NCBI GenBank assembly: GCA_013239625.1
Contig: MU054220.1
Coordinates: forward strand, 4,155,374-4,219,373
Direction of reading: 5' to 3'
Source: Lama guanicoe
Lineage: Eukaryota
DNA: 64,000 bases
The notes under the pieces are model-generated. The model was not told the origin of the DNA and searched no databases. It saw nothing but the letters and a program-made list of their open reading frames with translations. Positions 61,601 through 64,000 of this stretch are shown piece after piece. How positions within the stretch are numbered: the first letter of the stretch is position 1; each line of letters begins with the position of its first letter. A program made the translations under genes and the position numbers.

Positions 61601-61919
61601 AGAACAAATGCAAATTGAGACCTGGTGTCAGGAAGAAAAGAATTAGTTGGGTGTAAGCTGGGGAATGGAGGGGACCCTGAAAACAAGGTCCTGAGAAAAG
61701 GCATTTGAGGTCCCATATGTTCCATGATGTTCTACCAGGGCAGTTTCATCAGAGCCAGCACTGAAGGTCGGATATGATGGGGCAGATTTGGAGGCACCTG
61801 AGAAGAGCTGTTCTCCTATGACTCCCACTCTTTTCTCCTTCCTCCCTGACCCTGTCTCTTGGCTGCCCTGTCCCAGCCCCGCAAAGGGTATCCCCTGCTA
61901 GGAGAGCCAGAGGAAGTGC

Positions 61920-62060
61920 CCCAGGCTTGGGGTTCAAACCTCAGCTCCGCCTCTTACCAGGTGTGTATTCTTAGACAAGTCATATACTCCCTCTGGCCTC
62001 AGTTTCTGGGGCTGTAAAATGGGGGTATTTTGTATGGGGTTGTTGTAAAGAGTCAATGCC
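61920..62060 (+). mobile_element. MIR SINE
   Basis: GGGTTCAAACCTCAGCTCCGCCTCTTACCAG...GGCCTCAGTTTCT...CTGTAAAATGGGG. Confidence 0.7.
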
Positions 62061-62844
62061 AGAGCAGTGATGGTGGCATGACAGGTGTCCTCATACTGGG
62101 TAGAGCAGGAAGCTCAGCTCCTGGTCTGTAGTGAAAGTCCCATGCTCATTTCTTTTCCTTCCTTGGTTCTGGGAAGCCTCCTCCATCCTCTGGACCAGAG
62201 GAACCCCTCCATTCCACAATGTGTAGGAAGAAACAAGAAAGCTTCTGTATGAGGGTGGAACTCTCGATGGAGGAAGGGGCTACAGCCCCTCTGCTGATGC
62301 CTCCCCCGGGAAGAACCCGCAGAGAGCTGTCAGTAAATCCACCAGCCACCTGGAAGGCCACCTGGGCAAAACACGGAGGGGGAGTGGGGGTTGCACAGCT
62401 TACTTGCACATGGCTGGAGGGCTGAAGGGTCCCCATGAAGGGAGGCAACTCTGTGGACTAAGAGGCGCTCAGGTCAGGCCCGCCACCCAGTGACTAGAGA
62501 CATTCCATGGGTCCCTTCTCTCGGAGCCTCAGGATGCCCACCTGTAAAATGGGGGTGCTTAAGAGGGCCAGCGTGGGGGAATTTTGAGGGGACTGACAGG
62601 AGTCAAGAATGTGAAAACCCTCAGAACCGGAGCAGGAAAGAGCTGTGCTATGAACGGCAGGGACGCGCCTCATCCATCCCCATGTCCCTCGTTGTGCTGG
62701 GACAGCGGCATATAGTAGGACTGAACAAGTGCTTGTTTGGCAAACTCTCCAGGGCCTGGGCCTTTAACCAAACTTGGTGAAACCTCATCTGAGGCTGGTG
62801 CCCTGGGGCATCACCTCTGCCCCTGAGGCACTTAATTGAGACAG

Positions 62845-62879
62845 CAGTGCCTCCTGGTGGCCAGCGTGAGCCACTGCAG
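62845..62879 (-). promoter_or_regulatory. Candidate CTCF site with upstream (ZF9-11) motif (reverse)
   Basis: Minus strand reads CTGCAGTGGC-TCACGC-TGGCCACCAGGAGGCACTG: near-consensus core plus a TGCAG upstream module at the typical spacing. Confidence 0.7.
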
Positions 62880-63579
62880 CCCTGATCCTGGCCAGCTGGA
62901 AGAGGGCCCTGGAGCCTTCAAGCAGGGTTCAGGGAGCCTGCCCTGTGGGTGAGCGGTGCATCCTAGGGCCCGGGGACTCCTCCTGAGTCTGGGCTTCCTG
63001 GAGGCTCTGTGCTCCCTCTATACCCCCTTCTCTCCTCTTGGGCAATACTTGTTGAAACAAGGAAGCAGAGAAGCCAAAAGCTTTGGCCAGGGCCACAGCA
63101 GCAGCGGGTCCACCTTTGGTCCTTCATGCCCTGCCTCACCCCGCGGCTCATTCCTTTGAGCTCCGTCATCCTGCAAGGCCCGCTCTCCCACCCCCATGCC
63201 GCAGCCTCCCCACACAGCCCTGTGTCAAGGCCCCCCTGGGTCTGGAACCCAGCCCCGTGGTCTTGGGTTCTTTCCTGGGGGTGCCCTCAGCAGGGCGTGC
63301 AGAGCAGCCCTGTGCTACCAAAGGCAGAAGGAGCCCGGGCCCCGTTGGGGTCCCCGCAGGGCATCGGGGCGGCCCTGCTCTGAACAGTTCCCAGTCTAGT
63401 GGGGGGCGGGACCCCACACCAGCAGGGGATTGAAGCAGGGGATTCAGTGTTTAGAGGTCAGCCCGGCCCCGGGGTCAGGGAGGAAGGAGTCGCCCAGGCA
63501 CTGAACCTTGGAAACTCAGGAGAAACAATTCCCCCAAAAAAGAAATACAGGAGGTTAACCTTACTAGTAATTTTTAAAT

Positions 63580-64000
63580 GTCGATTTAAACAAGATTTCA
63601 CTTTTATCCAGCACACTGGCAAAGATTTAACAACACTGTGATGCCTGGTACTGGCCCTGAAGCTGAGGAAACGGGCACGTTTCTGTAAGGCAGTTTGGCC
63701 ATGTTTATCATTAACCCAGTATTTTTAGTTCTTGGAGCTTCCTCTAAGGTAATCACCCTGAAAGTGTCAAGGGATTTAACCACAAAGATGTTCATCACAG
63801 GCCTATTACCATTTGAAACAATCAGAAATGCGTGTGCCCAACAGTAAAGGACTGGTGAAATAAAGTAGGCTGTGTCCACACAGTTAAATCCTATGTAGCC
63901 ATTAAAAACATTGCAGGAGAAGAATCTAGAACAGGCTGGAAAGATGTTAGGTTAAAAAAAAGCTTACAAAAAAATATGTTTCCCTTGTGTGTGTGTTGTG
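63580..64000 (+). mobile_element. Highly diverged L1ME-like fragment
   Basis: GGCAGTTTGGC...ACAAAGATGTTCATCACAG...CTATGTAGCCATTAAAAA resemble the ancient L1 ORF2 end/3'UTR. Confidence 0.55.

Larger units (their letters stand above)
42105..64000 (+). other. ALX4: ALX4 intron 1 (5' part; continues past the window end)
   Basis: Starts at the GTGAGT donor. No AKESSLGEPE.../homeodomain (KKRRNRTTF) peptide appears in the downstream ORF track, consistent with the long first intron of ALX4. Confidence 0.88.

Noticed and set aside
42105..64000. ALX4 homeobox exon 2
   Set aside because: No AKESSLGE or KKRRNRTTF peptide appears in the ORF track; the exon must lie downstream of the window.
1..64000. 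CRISPR array, operon or other prokaryotic-type system
   Set aside because: The sequence is eutherian, and I saw no regularly spaced direct repeats with unique spacers.

Overview
Mammalian genomic DNA, almost certainly camelid, based on two copies of the tRNA-Ala-derived vic-1-type SINE and a cetartiodactyl-type L1 3' end. The window covers the 5' end of the paired-class homeobox gene ALX4 on the + strand: about 41 kb of upstream DNA, the CpG-island promoter, coding exon 1 (41642-42104) and the first ~22 kb of intron 1. The homeobox exons lie beyond the window. The rest is ancient interspersed repeats (MIR, L2, L1M, MLT1/MaLR LTRs, DNA MITEs), microsatellites, several satellite CpG islands, and repeat-free blocks with clustered developmental transcription-factor motifs. 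I find no second protein-coding gene and no evidence of a new gene system. The most interesting signals are cis-regulatory: a ~7 kb transposon-free block with PBX-HOX/MEIS/TCF/RUNX motifs, a HOX site cluster at 24.55 kb, a convergent CTCF pair bracketing the promoter, a promoter-like motif stack at 32.3 kb, a perfect GLI+TCF site next to a camelid SINE insertion, and the polyPQ tract of exon 1. Repeat boundaries and subfamilies were judged by eye and are approximate. All regulatory calls are motif-level inference.
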